DNA of 29,144 nt from a virus (Duplodnaviria > Caudoviricetes), in the IMG/VR virus record IMGVR_UViG_3300032330_001133, positions 1 through 29,144 of that record. The stretch is one strand, 5' to 3'. Positions 8,837 to 17,738 of this stretch are shown piece by piece. The position numbers were made by a program, and so were the translations under genes. How positions within the stretch are numbered: position 1 is the first letter of the stretch; every line of letters begins with the position of its first letter. The notes under the pieces are model-generated. The model did not search any database. It was not told the DNA's origin and saw only the letters and a list, made by a program, of their open reading frames with translations.

Positions 8837-9934
8837 TTAGTCAAATGGTACTAATTCACCGTATGAGTACAAGAAATTTTGATCATTTCCAATTACGGTT
8901 TCTACCCTGTTGGCAAATTTCGAATTTGCTGGATAGCACATTATAGATCCACGTACTGGTTTCCAGCTTACATCGATCTCTGGGAAATATACATCTCCAC
9001 CCTCAAAATTGTCATTTAAAAATAATTTTATAATGATGTCTCCATCTTGGTCAACTAGATTATCATCATGCATATCAGAATTACTGCCATCAGATACTTT
9101 TTGAATATCGTAGAATCCTTTTAGGCTATATTTCAAATCAAATAAGCTGCCAACTTTTACCAAGATAGCTTCTCTTACAGCTAAATCTACTTCAGTTGAT
9201 CCTTCTGCAATCTGCTTATCAAAATACTCTAGGTCTTCTTCAGTTAGACATGAGTGAGCTAAAAATATATCCTTCTCCCATAGGTACTGTTTCTTTTGAA
9301 GAATTCCCCATCTGGACCACTGCTCAATCCAACGCTGTCCTACCTCAGAATCTAACCATTCTTTAGATTCTCTAATAGTGTCGTCTCTAAATTCTCTATG
9401 CCATTCTCTATCCATGTGTACAGATTCTTTTGTAGGATCGTATACAACAAATGTTATAGTTCTTTTATTATCTCCCGCAGCATGTTCTGCTCCATGCAAA
9501 ACCTTAGATGACTGTACAACTAAATCGCCTTTACGAGGTTGCATCCATGTATTAGATTCTGGATAATACAATATTCCGCCATCCATATCAGATAAATAAA
9601 TTACTCCGCCAAATGCTTTCTCATGTGGATTTGGATCATATGCTTCATCATCTCTATGTATGCCAAAAGGCTTTCCAGGGATTGAGTACCAGTGCAAAAA
9701 CTTATCTACATAGTACTTTGTTCCTTCAAAAATTTTTTCTACTGGCTTAATGATCTCTTCAAGCATTGGCTCGCTAATAAGCAAGATTCCTTTGTTATTT
9801 GAATTCTCTTGGAATTGACCCGCTTCTTGCGCTTGCTTAGAATGCTCAAATGCTATATCGCAAAGCTCGTCAGAGAAAAATCCTCTGAGCACATATGCGT
9901 CTTCGTTTGTTTTTTCCCAACCCGTAAAATCCAT
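8837..9934 (-). CDS. Tandem two-domain 2OG-Fe(II) oxygenase
   Basis: Domain 1: HRD...YLSDMDGG...HGA...KR. Domain 2: HDD...FLNDNFEGGDV...NRV. Confidence 0.85.
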   Translation of the reverse strand: MDFTGWEKTNEDAYVLRGFFSDELCDIAFEHSKQAQEAGQFQENSNNKGILLISEPMLEEIIKPVEKIFEGTKYYVDKFLHWYSIPGKPFGIHRDDEAYDPNPHEKAFGGVIYLSDMDGGILYYPESNTWMQPRKGDLVVQSSKVLHGAEHAAGDNKRTITFVVYDPTKESVHMDREWHREFRDDTIRESKEWLDSEVGQRWIEQWSRWGILQKKQYLWEKDIFLAHSCLTEEDLEYFDKQIAEGSTEVDLAVREAILVKVGSLFDLKYSLKGFYDIQKVSDGSNSDMHDDNLVDQDGDIIIKLFLNDNFEGGDVYFPEIDVSWKPVRGSIMCYPANSKFANRVETVIGNDQNFLYSYGELVPFD

Positions 9935-9980
9935 ATTAACACCTCTTAGCTTAATTATACCAGTATAATATTTTAGTCAA

Positions 9981-10673
9981 CTAGTTTAACTTTAGCTGTT
10001 CATCTCTAATATTGAAAGCTTTTCTCCAAGATCTTCCAATGTCAGTGTTTAGCCAATCATTCAAAGTAAAGATATAGTTATGAGTTTCTTCAGATCTCAT
10101 TGCAGCAGTGCTGGATATTTCTATACATGTATTACCCATACCTGTTGTATTTGTAGGTTCAACTGGTTTATCTAGATCGTATAAAGTAAAAGTGATAGTT
10201 CTCTTATTATTACCCATTACAGGTGTAGCTCCATGAGGACATGAGACATGATGAATAATCAAGTCTCCCTTTCCTGGCTTTACCGTCAAATTCTCTTCTG
10301 GATAAAAAAGTATTCCACCATCCATGTCTGCTAGGTATATTACACCAGACCACACTTTCTCAAAAGGAGTCTCATCGTCAGCTTCTTTATCTCGATGTAT
10401 GCCAAACCATGTATGTGCAGGAGTATACCAATGCAAAAAGTATTTTATCTCCCAATTAAGATCTTTAAAAATGTCACTTACCTTGGCCACCACTTTTTCA
10501 TTCATTGGTGCTCCAAGTAGCTGGATCTTGTCATAGGGCCTTACTTCACTTAATAAATTTTCAGATAAAAACTCTGATTCTTTAAATGCCTCATCAACAA
10601 TATCATCTTCTAAAAATCCCCGCCAAATATAGGAATGATCGCTTATTTTTTCAAAATTTGTAGTATTAAACAT
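9981..10673 (-). CDS. 2OG-Fe(II) oxygenase, paralogue of domain 1 of the adjacent gene
   Basis: FLHWY, FGIHRD, YLADMDGGIL, HGA, NKRTITF shared with 8837-9934. Confidence 0.87.
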   Translation of the reverse strand: MFNTTNFEKISDHSYIWRGFLEDDIVDEAFKESEFLSENLLSEVRPYDKIQLLGAPMNEKVVAKVSDIFKDLNWEIKYFLHWYTPAHTWFGIHRDKEADDETPFEKVWSGVIYLADMDGGILFYPEENLTVKPGKGDLIIHHVSCPHGATPVMGNNKRTITFTLYDLDKPVEPTNTTGMGNTCIEISSTAAMRSEETHNYIFTLNDWLNTDIGRSWRKAFNIRDEQLKLN

Positions 10674-10945
10674 TTAGCCCCCGTTAATAACTAATTATAC
10701 CAGTAATATATTCTGGTTGACTGCAATATCAGATTTCATAAAATGTTAATATATTTTTAATTTGTATCATACACAGATTCTGCATGTCCGTTTTGTCTAA
10801 ATAGTGCGACCATAATGAATGAATTGTGACCTATCTCACTAACTATTTTTAAATAATGTCCGAATTGACCCTTTTATCTGTTGCGACTTGTCAGTCCTAT
10901 CTGCTAGTCTTAAGACATAAGATAAACGAAAGAAAGGAGTTCTAA

Positions 10946-11086
10946 ATGAACTCAATACATGAAAATAGAAATAGCCTAGAGTCCTATGACTCTATCCGTA
11001 CCCGCCTTGCAGATAGCATCTGCGATGAGTGCCAGTATGCATGTTATGTGCATAAGGCAGAGTGTTCTAAATCACACTCTAAATAA
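10946..11086 (+). CDS. 46-aa hypothetical protein (CxxC...H...C)
   Basis: AAAGGAG SD downstream of the repeat promoter; manual translation MNSIHENRNSLES... Confidence 0.6.
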   Translation: MNSIHENRNSLESYDSIRTRLADSICDECQYACYVHKAECSKSHSK

Positions 11087-11161
11087 GGGCGTGTCGCTTG
11101 CAATTGTCAGACCTATCTGATACCTTAATCTTATTAACCAACTAACGAAAGAAGAACTTAA

Positions 11162-11311
11162 ATGACTATCACTTACTCACTATGGGACGGCTCTCAACTA
11201 CTAGGCGTTGATTTCAAGGCGTCTAGCGCAGATGAAATGAAAGAGGCTGTTGCAGAATTACAAAAGGTTTCTAAGAATGTAGTAGCACACATGCGAAAGG
11301 TGGAAATGTAA
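11162..11311 (+). CDS. 49-aa hypothetical protein
   Basis: MTITYSLWDGSQLLG...; first of four TAATG-coupled ORFs. Confidence 0.65.
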   Translation: MTITYSLWDGSQLLGVDFKASSADEMKEAVAELQKVSKNVVAHMRKVEM

Positions 11312-11487
11312 TGATGACTAAATGGGATACTATTCAAGAAGATGTAAAAGACGCTTATGTCTATCTAGATGAAGAGGTAGATGTAGAAGAGGACGAGGAC
11401 GGCGATGTCTTCGGTTTCTCTAAGGCTATACAGATTGACCACTTAACAGATGAACAACTAGACATGATAGGAGAGATGTTTAACTAA
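11311..11487 (+). CDS. 58-aa highly acidic protein
   Basis: ...LDEEVDVEEDEDGD...; TAATG coupling. Confidence 0.65.
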   Translation: MMTKWDTIQEDVKDAYVYLDEEVDVEEDEDGDVFGFSKAIQIDHLTDEQLDMIGEMFN

Positions 11488-11609
11488 TGGGATACATTGA
11501 ATTTGCTCGTATAGATAATGATGGTGTAGAGTGGGTGTCCTTAGATAAGGCAACACCTGATGAACTACTAGATTTTGAGATTGCACTACTACAAGAGGGA
11601 GCACTATAA
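11487..11609 (+). CDS. 40-aa acidic protein
   Basis: MGYIEFARIDNDGVEW...; GGAG SD, TAATG coupling. Confidence 0.6.
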   Translation: MGYIEFARIDNDGVEWVSLDKATPDELLDFEIALLQEGAL

Positions 11610-11731
11610 TGAATCGCCTACTAACTAGCCTAGCACAATTAGCTCTTGCTATTCCCGCCCTATACCTAGGGCGCATGATGTGGAGAGAGATCGTAGCGGA
11701 CATGCGTGACATGTGGCACGAATCACACTAG
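11609..11731 (+). CDS. 40-aa putative membrane peptide
   Basis: MNRLLTSLAQLALAIPALYLGRMMW...; GGGAG SD, TAATG coupling. Confidence 0.55.
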   Translation: MNRLLTSLAQLALAIPALYLGRMMWREIVADMRDMWHESH

Positions 11732-11773
11732 CCTAACGGCGTGTCGCCTTGACACGCCCCTATTGTTGGGAGG

Positions 11774-11806
11774 TTATCCACAGGGTTACGTGTTAGCTGT
11801 GGAAAA
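11774..11806. promoter_or_regulatory. Inverted pair of DnaA boxes
   Basis: TTATCCACA (11774) and TGTGGAAAA (11798). Confidence 0.65.
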
Positions 11807-11819
11807 CCCTGAAAATTCT

Positions 11820-11835
11820 TGTGATATTAATCACA
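11820..11835. promoter_or_regulatory. CRP/GlxR-type site
   Basis: TGTGA-tattaa-TCACA, perfect consensus. Confidence 0.65.
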
Positions 11836-11935
11836 TAGCCCACGCTCCACATATTGAGACAAACCATTGACGGATTAACACTATGTCAGTGCCTTACGCT
11901 ATAATATCCATATTCAACAACGAAAGGCGGACTCA

Positions 11936-12136
11936 ATGTCAGCAAATGTTTATTCAATCGAAAACCTACTTGTAGGAACTCGCTATGTTTCACAATCAGT
12001 TCGTGGAGAAATTATCTCTGCAGAACAACACCCAAAGGCTGTATGGTATGACGGGTGCGAGACTTATCTCGTAGAAATTAGCAAGCAATATGGCGGAACT
12101 ACTTACCGCACAGTTGCAGTAAAGGTAGGTGCATAA
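11936..12136 (+). CDS. Hypothetical protein
   Basis: Follows the repeat promoter and AACGAAAGGCGGA. Confidence 0.7.
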   Translation: MSANVYSIENLLVGTRYVSQSVRGEIISAEQHPKAVWYDGCETYLVEISKQYGGTTYRTVAVKVGA

Positions 12137-12264
12137 TGGGTAACCTTGCAGAAATCTTTCTTTGCGATGTATGTGATTGCCTTGCCACTGTGTCAGTGGC
12201 AGGTGCTACAATAACTGTTCAACCTTGTGCCTGTATCGAATTAGATTGGAATGAAAATGCATAA
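12136..12264 (+). CDS. 42-aa Cys-rich protein containing an internal promoter
   Basis: MGNLAEIFLCDVCDCLATVSVAGATI...; TAATG coupling. Confidence 0.5.
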   Translation: MGNLAEIFLCDVCDCLATVSVAGATITVQPCACIELDWNENA

Positions 12265-12463
12265 AATTACTTTAGCGTATGACGAAAATGCTCCACATTG
12301 GTCAAAAGAATACGAAGACGAATTCCAAGCATGGAATGACTTCTTTGAATTTATCGACTGGGGATTTGCAGATAAATACTCAACTGTAAATATGTCACTC
12401 CCTAGTGGTAAAATGTACACTCGCATATTCTATCGTGAAGGACGAAAGGTAGTAACAAAATGA
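12251..12463 (+). CDS. Hypothetical protein
   Basis: ORF track; same strand as the operon. Confidence 0.65.
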   Translation: MKMHKITLAYDENAPHWSKEYEDEFQAWNDFFEFIDWGFADKYSTVNMSLPSGKMYTRIFYREGRKVVTK

Positions 12464-12654
12464 CAATGACACGCAAACACTTCGAAGCAATTGCGGAGAT
12501 TCTTAACTACAACGCAAACAAAACACATCCCGCTGTTTTTTCTAAAATGGTTTTAGACTTTTCAGAATTGTGTGCAAAAGAAAATCCAAACTTTAACGTA
12601 ACAAAATTTCACGAGGCTTGCGGCTATGTTGTCCCGAACTTCTCTTCTCGATAA
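12460..12654 (+). CDS. Small phage protein (MTRKHF..IA...NPNF..F..AC type)
   Basis: GAAAGG SD, ATGA overlap. Confidence 0.7.
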   Translation: MTMTRKHFEAIAEILNYNANKTHPAVFSKMVLDFSELCAKENPNFNVTKFHEACGYVVPNFSSR

Positions 12655-12989
12655 AGTAAAACGTGTGCAGGAGTTGCGGAGATCTAATGCCGCAACACCT
12701 GTTCGCAATAAGAAAAAATATTCTAGAAAGGTTAAACATAAAAATGTTAGCAACGATCATAGCTGATATCATTGCGATTGGTTTAATTTCTTTTCTTGTT
12801 TCGCCTGTTGTATTAATTATTTACATGTGGAATAAAATGTAGTTGAAATTTTAACAAATGCCCCGCTATATTGCGGGGTCGGGCGTGTCCTTAAGGATGT
12901 GATGTAAATCACCCTGAAAATTTGCGTGTCGATTTGGAAATGTCAGACTGCTGTGGTATATTTCTCTTAAATCAAACGAAAGGTCTCAC

Positions 12990-13199
12990 ATGTCACTTTT
13001 TACAGTCGCTTGCCTCAACTACGAAATTTGTGGAGCAGAAGAAACTTTTGATTCTGTTGAAGAATATGAAATCTATGGCGATGATTATGTATGCGCTGAA
13101 TGCTATGCTGATGAAGAAATGACTTTCTTCGAAATTACTGGTTGGGCTGATTCAGATGCTCTTGCATCTGCTGGACATGGCATGGATGAAGATTATTAA
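12990..13199 (+). CDS. Acidic Zn-binding-like hypothetical protein
   Basis: CLNYEIC...CAEC, D/E rich; AACGAAAGG upstream. Confidence 0.7.
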   Translation: MSLFTVACLNYEICGAEETFDSVEEYEIYGDDYVCAECYADEEMTFFEITGWADSDALASAGHGMDEDY

Positions 13200-13253
13200 A
13201 TAATCGGCGTGTCCTCTTGACAAGATCAAGGGGATGCCCCCATTATTAGGGGG

Positions 13254-13285
13254 TTATCCACAGCTTTAAGGATGCCTGTGTATAA
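13254..13285. promoter_or_regulatory. Inverted pair of DnaA boxes
   Basis: TTATCCACA (13254) and TGTGTATAA (13277). Confidence 0.65.
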
Positions 13286-13297
13286 GTCCTGGAATTT

Positions 13298-13313
13298 TGT
13301 GAGATTAATCACA
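13298..13313. promoter_or_regulatory. CRP/GlxR-type site
   Basis: TGTGA-gattaa-TCACA. Confidence 0.65.
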
Positions 13314-13402
13314 TGAAAATAAATGCGACACGCCGAGGCTCGATTATGAAATGTCAGTAGCCTACGGTACAATACTCTTATTCCAACAACGAAAGGTAAA
13401 AA

Positions 13403-13657
13403 ATGTCAGACACACTTCAATTCTCTTTATTTCCGTTTACTTATCAGGGAGTTAATTTCGTATCCCGTATTTCTCAGGACTCCCGTTTCCTTCCACAAAT
13501 TATGTCTATGGGTCAAGCGTTTATCGATATGAATATCGCTGCAATTGATGAAATTATGCCCGACCTAGTATCACTTAACCTTGATGAACTTAATAAGCGA
13601 CTTGAGTTTATTAACGCAGGCGGAACACAAATGTTTCTAGAATTGGCAGGTAACTAA
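13403..13657 (+). CDS. Hypothetical protein
   Basis: Repeat promoter plus AACGAAAGG. Confidence 0.7.
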   Translation: MSDTLQFSLFPFTYQGVNFVSRISQDSRFLPQIMSMGQAFIDMNIAAIDEIMPDLVSLNLDELNKRLEFINAGGTQMFLELAGN

Positions 13658-13659
13658 TA

Positions 13660-13935
13660 ATGGGATACACAACAGCATTAGCACTTGAAGAAGATTTATC
13701 ACTAGAGGCAGGACTTGCTTATCACTTGCAGGGTAATCATTACCCACCCGTACCCGTCTCAATGGTGCAACCTTGCATAGATGCTATTGATGCATACTAT
13801 GAAGAAGATTACTCCCGTGAGATTAATTTACCTGAAGGTATCTCATGGCGTGGCAACACTTCATGCCCAGCATCGGCAATTGTAGAAGCGCACCACTTGG
13901 ACGCATGGCTACCACAGGAGGACTATGATGAATAA
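13660..13935 (+). CDS. Hypothetical phage protein (HLQGNHYPPVP motif)
   Basis: ORF track; operon context. Confidence 0.72.
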   Translation: MGYTTALALEEDLSLEAGLAYHLQGNHYPPVPVSMVQPCIDAIDAYYEEDYSREINLPEGISWRGNTSCPASAIVEAHHLDAWLPQEDYDE

Positions 13936-14068
13936 TCTTTATTCTATCTTATCGGAAAGGCACCCAGAAGGAGACTTCAACGAAATGGATCTATGGGAAG
14001 CTATCGCAGACTCAGAAGGCTTAGAGCTAAATGAAATAATGGACGGCGACCTAACAGAATACTTGTGA
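13928..14068 (+). CDS. 46-aa acidic protein
   Basis: MNNLYSILSERHPEGDFNEMDLWEAI...; AGGAGG SD. Confidence 0.65.
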   Translation: MNNLYSILSERHPEGDFNEMDLWEAIADSEGLELNEIMDGDLTEYL

Positions 14069-14079
14069 GGTAAATCACA
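14064..14079. promoter_or_regulatory. CRP/GlxR-type site
   Basis: TGTGA-ggtaaa-TCACA. Confidence 0.6.
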
Positions 14080-14157
14080 CGACACTCCCCCCAGAAATGG
14101 GGGGAAATGTCAGTACCCAATGCTACAATACTCTCATAACCAAACGAAAGGAAACAA

Positions 14158-14310
14158 ATGAACACAATCGAAATCGGTCAGACATACACCACTTCTAATA
14201 GCGGTGTAACAGGAACAGTAGTTGCGGTTGATAACCACCCTTCAGGTGTCAATCGTATTCTACTTGATGTAAATGGTAAGGAACGCTGGACTTCAGCACC
14301 TGCTATTTAA
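14158..14310 (+). CDS. 50-aa small beta-rich (SH3-like) protein
   Basis: MNTIEIGQTYTT...GTVVAVD...ERWTS; AACGAAAGGA upstream. Confidence 0.7.
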   Translation: MNTIEIGQTYTTSNSGVTGTVVAVDNHPSGVNRILLDVNGKERWTSAPAI

Positions 14311-14442
14311 TTAAATAATCGAAACAGGGACAGTTTAAGAGAGTGTTCTCGTCCAATGTCGTAAGTAAGAACTCTCTCCCTACGGGGACTTGTCAGACCC
14401 CTATGTTATACTAACCGAAACCAACCAACGAAAGGCTATAAA

Positions 14443-14859
14443 ATGTCAAGAGCAATCACAGTTAAGGTGGCAACACCAAAGGTAATCAAGGCTTTGGAAA
14501 CAAAGTTGGAAACTATCAAGAAGGAATACGCTTCACAAGAAGCAAACGAAGCAAAGTACGAAAAGGCTCGTAAGGCTTGGCAGAAAGAAATCCAAGACTA
14601 CGCTGTTGCCAACATTAAAAAGGCTGAGAACCTTCGTACAAACTATCGTTCTTGGAATAACCAACTTAACATTGACTTTGATTTGACAGTATCCGAAAAG
14701 GATTTGCCAAAAGAGCCACAGCGTGACTTTACAACAATGCACCAACACACATACAATGAAATTGTTGAGGACATCACAAATGCTCTCACAATTCTAAAGA
14801 TGACAGATGAGGAAACAGTAAATGCTTCTACAATGAAGCAAATTGCTCGTTATCTTTAA
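14443..14859 (+). CDS. Coiled-coil hypothetical protein
   Basis: 138-aa ORF behind the repeat promoter and AACGAAAGG. Confidence 0.78.
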   Translation: MSRAITVKVATPKVIKALETKLETIKKEYASQEANEAKYEKARKAWQKEIQDYAVANIKKAENLRTNYRSWNNQLNIDFDLTVSEKDLPKEPQRDFTTMHQHTYNEIVEDITNALTILKMTDEETVNASTMKQIARYL

Positions 14860-14869
14860 TTAAATAACA

Positions 14870-14894
14870 GGGGGCTGGACAAACTCCAGCCCCC
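14870..14894 (+). terminator. GC-rich hairpin overlapping the -35 of the next promoter
   Basis: GGGGGCTGGA-caaac-TCCAGCCCCC; TGGACA-N18-TATAAT. Confidence 0.55.
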
Positions 14895-14933
14895 AATGTT
14901 ATAATTTCTATCCCTACTATCAAAGGAAATAAA

Positions 14934-15182
14934 ATGCGTTATCGTGTAGAAATCTACGACGACATCAAATCAAATGATTTGACAATTGAATCACCAACAC
15001 TCGTTGATAAAGAATATTTAACTGAATTAGTATTCTCTAACTTAAATAAGTTTTCTGGCAACGTAAAAGCTTTTGTATATGACAATGTAAAGAAAAAGAA
15101 AGTAACTGCTCTAGTTCTTCCTTATGAAACTGTAAGCAAGATTAATAATAAGAGAGCTCAGCTTACTAGTTTGCTGGTATAA
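14934..15182 (+). CDS. Hypothetical protein
   Basis: AAAGGA SD. Confidence 0.7.
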   Translation: MRYRVEIYDDIKSNDLTIESPTLVDKEYLTELVFSNLNKFSGNVKAFVYDNVKKKKVTALVLPYETVSKINNKRAQLTSLLV

Positions 15183-15188
15183 AGTCTT

Positions 15189-15219
15189 GGGGCGGGATCC
15201 TTGGTCTCCCGCCCCTCTT
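15189..15219 (+). terminator. Intrinsic terminator-like hairpin
   Basis: GGGGCGGGA...TCCCGCCCC-tctt. Confidence 0.6.
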
Positions 15220-15250
15220 CCAGCGTAAATGGGGCCCCAATATTGAGGGG

Positions 15251-15310
15251 TTATCCACAGGCTTACGGCATGTTATCCACAGCTCCTGAAAATTTGTGAG
15301 ATTGATCACG
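15251..15310. promoter_or_regulatory. Two direct DnaA boxes plus a CRP-type site
   Basis: TTATCCACA at 15251 and 15273; TGTGA-gattga-TCACG at 15295. Confidence 0.65.
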
Positions 15311-15399
15311 CCGACAATTAGGACAAATGACTATCTAACCTTGTAAATGTCAGTGGCTCCTGTTATACTTGCAACTAATCAAACGAAAGGTAAAAAATA

Positions 15400-16404
15400 A
15401 TGGCTCATAATCTCGAAATCGAAAACGGCGAAGTTGCATTCGCTTTGCGTGGCGCTCCTGCTTGGCACAACCTTGCAAATCGCATCTTTACACAGGATGA
15501 AGAAGTTACAACTGCAACAATGCTTGAAGAGGCAAAGTTGGCAAATTGGAATGTTCGTCTTTCTCCAATCGCTGAGCACATTCCAGATACTTGGAATGAC
15601 GTTTCAACTGCATCACTCGTATTGCGTGATAATCCTTTCAATGGTGGAACTGATGTTCTTGCAACTGTTGGAAAGCGTTACAAGCCTGTACAGAATGAAG
15701 AATTGTTTGCATTTGCTGATGCAATTCATGATGCAGACCCTGCTTGCCGTTGGGAATCTGCTGGTTCTCTTCGTAGCGGTAAAGTTGTGTTTGGTACTGT
15801 TGACATTCCTCGCACAATGGTGCTTGACCCTCAAGGTGCAAACGATGAAACAAAATTGTATTTGATCGTTTGGACTTCACACGATGGCTCAGTTGCTGTT
15901 CAGGCTGCTGTTACTCCTGTTCGTGTTGTATGCCAAAACACTTTGAATCTTGCAATGCGTAATGCAAAGCAATCTTTCAAAATTCGCCATACACAATCTG
16001 TTGAAGGTCGCATTCAAGTTGCACGTGAGACTCTTGGACTTGCGCTTGGCTACTTTGACGAATTCGAAAAAGAAGCACAAGCAATGTTTAACCAGTCAAT
16101 TACTGATGCTGAATTTTCAAAGTTGATTCAGACAATCTACCCAAAGCCTGAAGCAGACAAAAAGGGTGCTCTCAAGAAGTGGGAAAACAAAGTTGTTCTC
16201 CTTGATGAGTTGTATCATAACTCACCAACCAATGCTACAATCAAGGGCACAAAGTGGGGTGCCTTCAATGCACTTACTGAGCGCCTCGATTACTATCGTT
16301 CAGGTCGTGGCAATGGTGAATCTCTTATGGCTGGCGCATCAGGGTTTGACCCAGTTCTAACCGCAGAAAAAAACAAAATCAAAAAGTTAATTTCTGCCTT
16401 TTAA
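15400..16404 (+). CDS. DUF932 family phage/plasmid protein
   Basis: MAHNLE...PAWH, YKPVQN, SAGSLRSG, TSHDGS, TPVRVVCQNT, IRHT and GTKWGAFNA motifs. Confidence 0.88.
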   Translation: MAHNLEIENGEVAFALRGAPAWHNLANRIFTQDEEVTTATMLEEAKLANWNVRLSPIAEHIPDTWNDVSTASLVLRDNPFNGGTDVLATVGKRYKPVQNEELFAFADAIHDADPACRWESAGSLRSGKVVFGTVDIPRTMVLDPQGANDETKLYLIVWTSHDGSVAVQAAVTPVRVVCQNTLNLAMRNAKQSFKIRHTQSVEGRIQVARETLGLALGYFDEFEKEAQAMFNQSITDAEFSKLIQTIYPKPEADKKGALKKWENKVVLLDELYHNSPTNATIKGTKWGAFNALTERLDYYRSGRGNGESLMAGASGFDPVLTAEKNKIKKLISAF

Positions 16405-16571
16405 TAATAAAATCCTGAGCATGATTTAAAACTGCTTACGCTTCGGCGTGTCGACTTGACAGCTGCTGATCGATGCGCCCAATGTTAAGGGTGTGATTAA
16501 CGTCATACGGACACGTAAAAATAGTTCCTGGAAATCCTAGGAAATGTCAGTGGGCTAGTGTACAATACTCG

Positions 16572-17184
16572 CATGACCAACTACCAGAAGTACACATGGA
16601 TTTGCCCATCAGATTGTGATGCATTAATTGAATACACATTTAAAGATGGATACGGATGGCCAGCAGGTGAGATGAACCTCACATGTCGATGCGGTGCAAG
16701 TTGCATCTTATTGTCAGTGGCAGATGCTACAATACTCTCAACAACAACGAAAGAGGAAAACATGGAAACAAATACACCACAGGTTATGACACTTGATTGG
16801 GTCGAGAACGATGTCGTTACCAACAAGACATATACTGAATCAGATATTCGTCAGATGGTTTGGGTTAATAAGAATTTAACTAATAAGCAGAACGAATGGT
16901 TCAAGAAGGAATCAGAACTTCGCACATTCATCCATGATAACTTTGAGAATTCAGATGACCAAGAATCATTGTCTGCCATTGCAGAGATGTTTGATATTCC
17001 TTTAACTAGAGAGATTGAATATACTGCATGGGTTCGTGTTGATATGACTGTCGAGGTTGAACTTGGCGGAGACCTTGAGGCAGTTGAAGATTTCATTTCA
17101 CAGAATTTAACTGTTGATTCATATGATTCATTGATGTCAGTTAATAACTTTGACATTGACCGAGTAGAGGAAGGTGCATACTAA
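16572..17184 (+). CDS. Hypothetical protein, leaderless start, with possible internal start at 16762
   Basis: TACAAT 6 nt before ATG 16573-region start (MTNYQKY); internal promoter plus AACGAAAGAGG before METNTPQ. Confidence 0.68.
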
Positions 17185-17387
17185 TGTACTTTGAACTCAC
17201 CGCTCCATCTCAGGTAGCCTTTGCGAGGGCTACCTGGGAAGCTGAGATGTTGGGATTAGACCCAGCACGTATTAATGCGTTGACTTTCAACATTGGAACT
17301 GGTAGTATTGAGAAAGTATCACGGCTGCGAGATAAGTATAATCTAACAGAGTCATACGTTTCAGAATACGAATCAACAGGTTACTAG
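17184..17387 (+). CDS. Hypothetical protein
   Basis: TAATG coupling. Confidence 0.68.
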   Translation: MYFELTAPSQVAFARATWEAEMLGLDPARINALTFNIGTGSIEKVSRLRDKYNLTESYVSEYESTGY

Positions 17388-17396
17388 GAGAATATA

Positions 17397-17543
17397 ATGT
17401 CAGATTATAAAGATGGTTTTGATGACGGGTATAAATTTGCTCGTGAAGAAATTATGGAAAAGCTTTCAGAGATTGACATCGCTGATATTGACTCATGGAT
17501 TCTTGACCGTCTTTCTGAGATGATTGAAGGCGGGGCACTGTGA
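17397..17543 (+). CDS. 48-aa acidic protein (YxDGFxDGY motif)
   Basis: AGGAG SD; MSDYKDGFDDGYKFARE... Confidence 0.65.
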   Translation: MSDYKDGFDDGYKFAREEIMEKLSEIDIADIDSWILDRLSEMIEGGAL

Positions 17544-17737
17544 GCGAATGGATCAGCTGTGATAAGTGTGGCCATGCAGTTCAAGCTTTATATTTAATTA
17601 AATTAGTAGACGGCGAGCTTTCTTTTTGCGGTCACCATTATAATAAATATAAAGAGGGCCTAGACAAAGTGGCCTATGAAGTGATAGAATTGAACAAGAC
17701 AGAAGATGTACCTCAACTAACAGAAATGGCGGAATAA
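17540..17737 (+). CDS. Small Zn-binding protein (CxxC...CxHH)
   Basis: CDKC...LSFCGHH; GTGA overlap. Confidence 0.7.
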   Translation: MSEWISCDKCGHAVQALYLIKLVDGELSFCGHHYNKYKEGLDKVAYEVIELNKTEDVPQLTEMAE

Positions 17738-17738
17738 A

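Noticed and set aside
15379-16360. Multiple overlapping ORFs within the DUF932 gene
   Set aside because: Shadow frames caused by biased codon usage.
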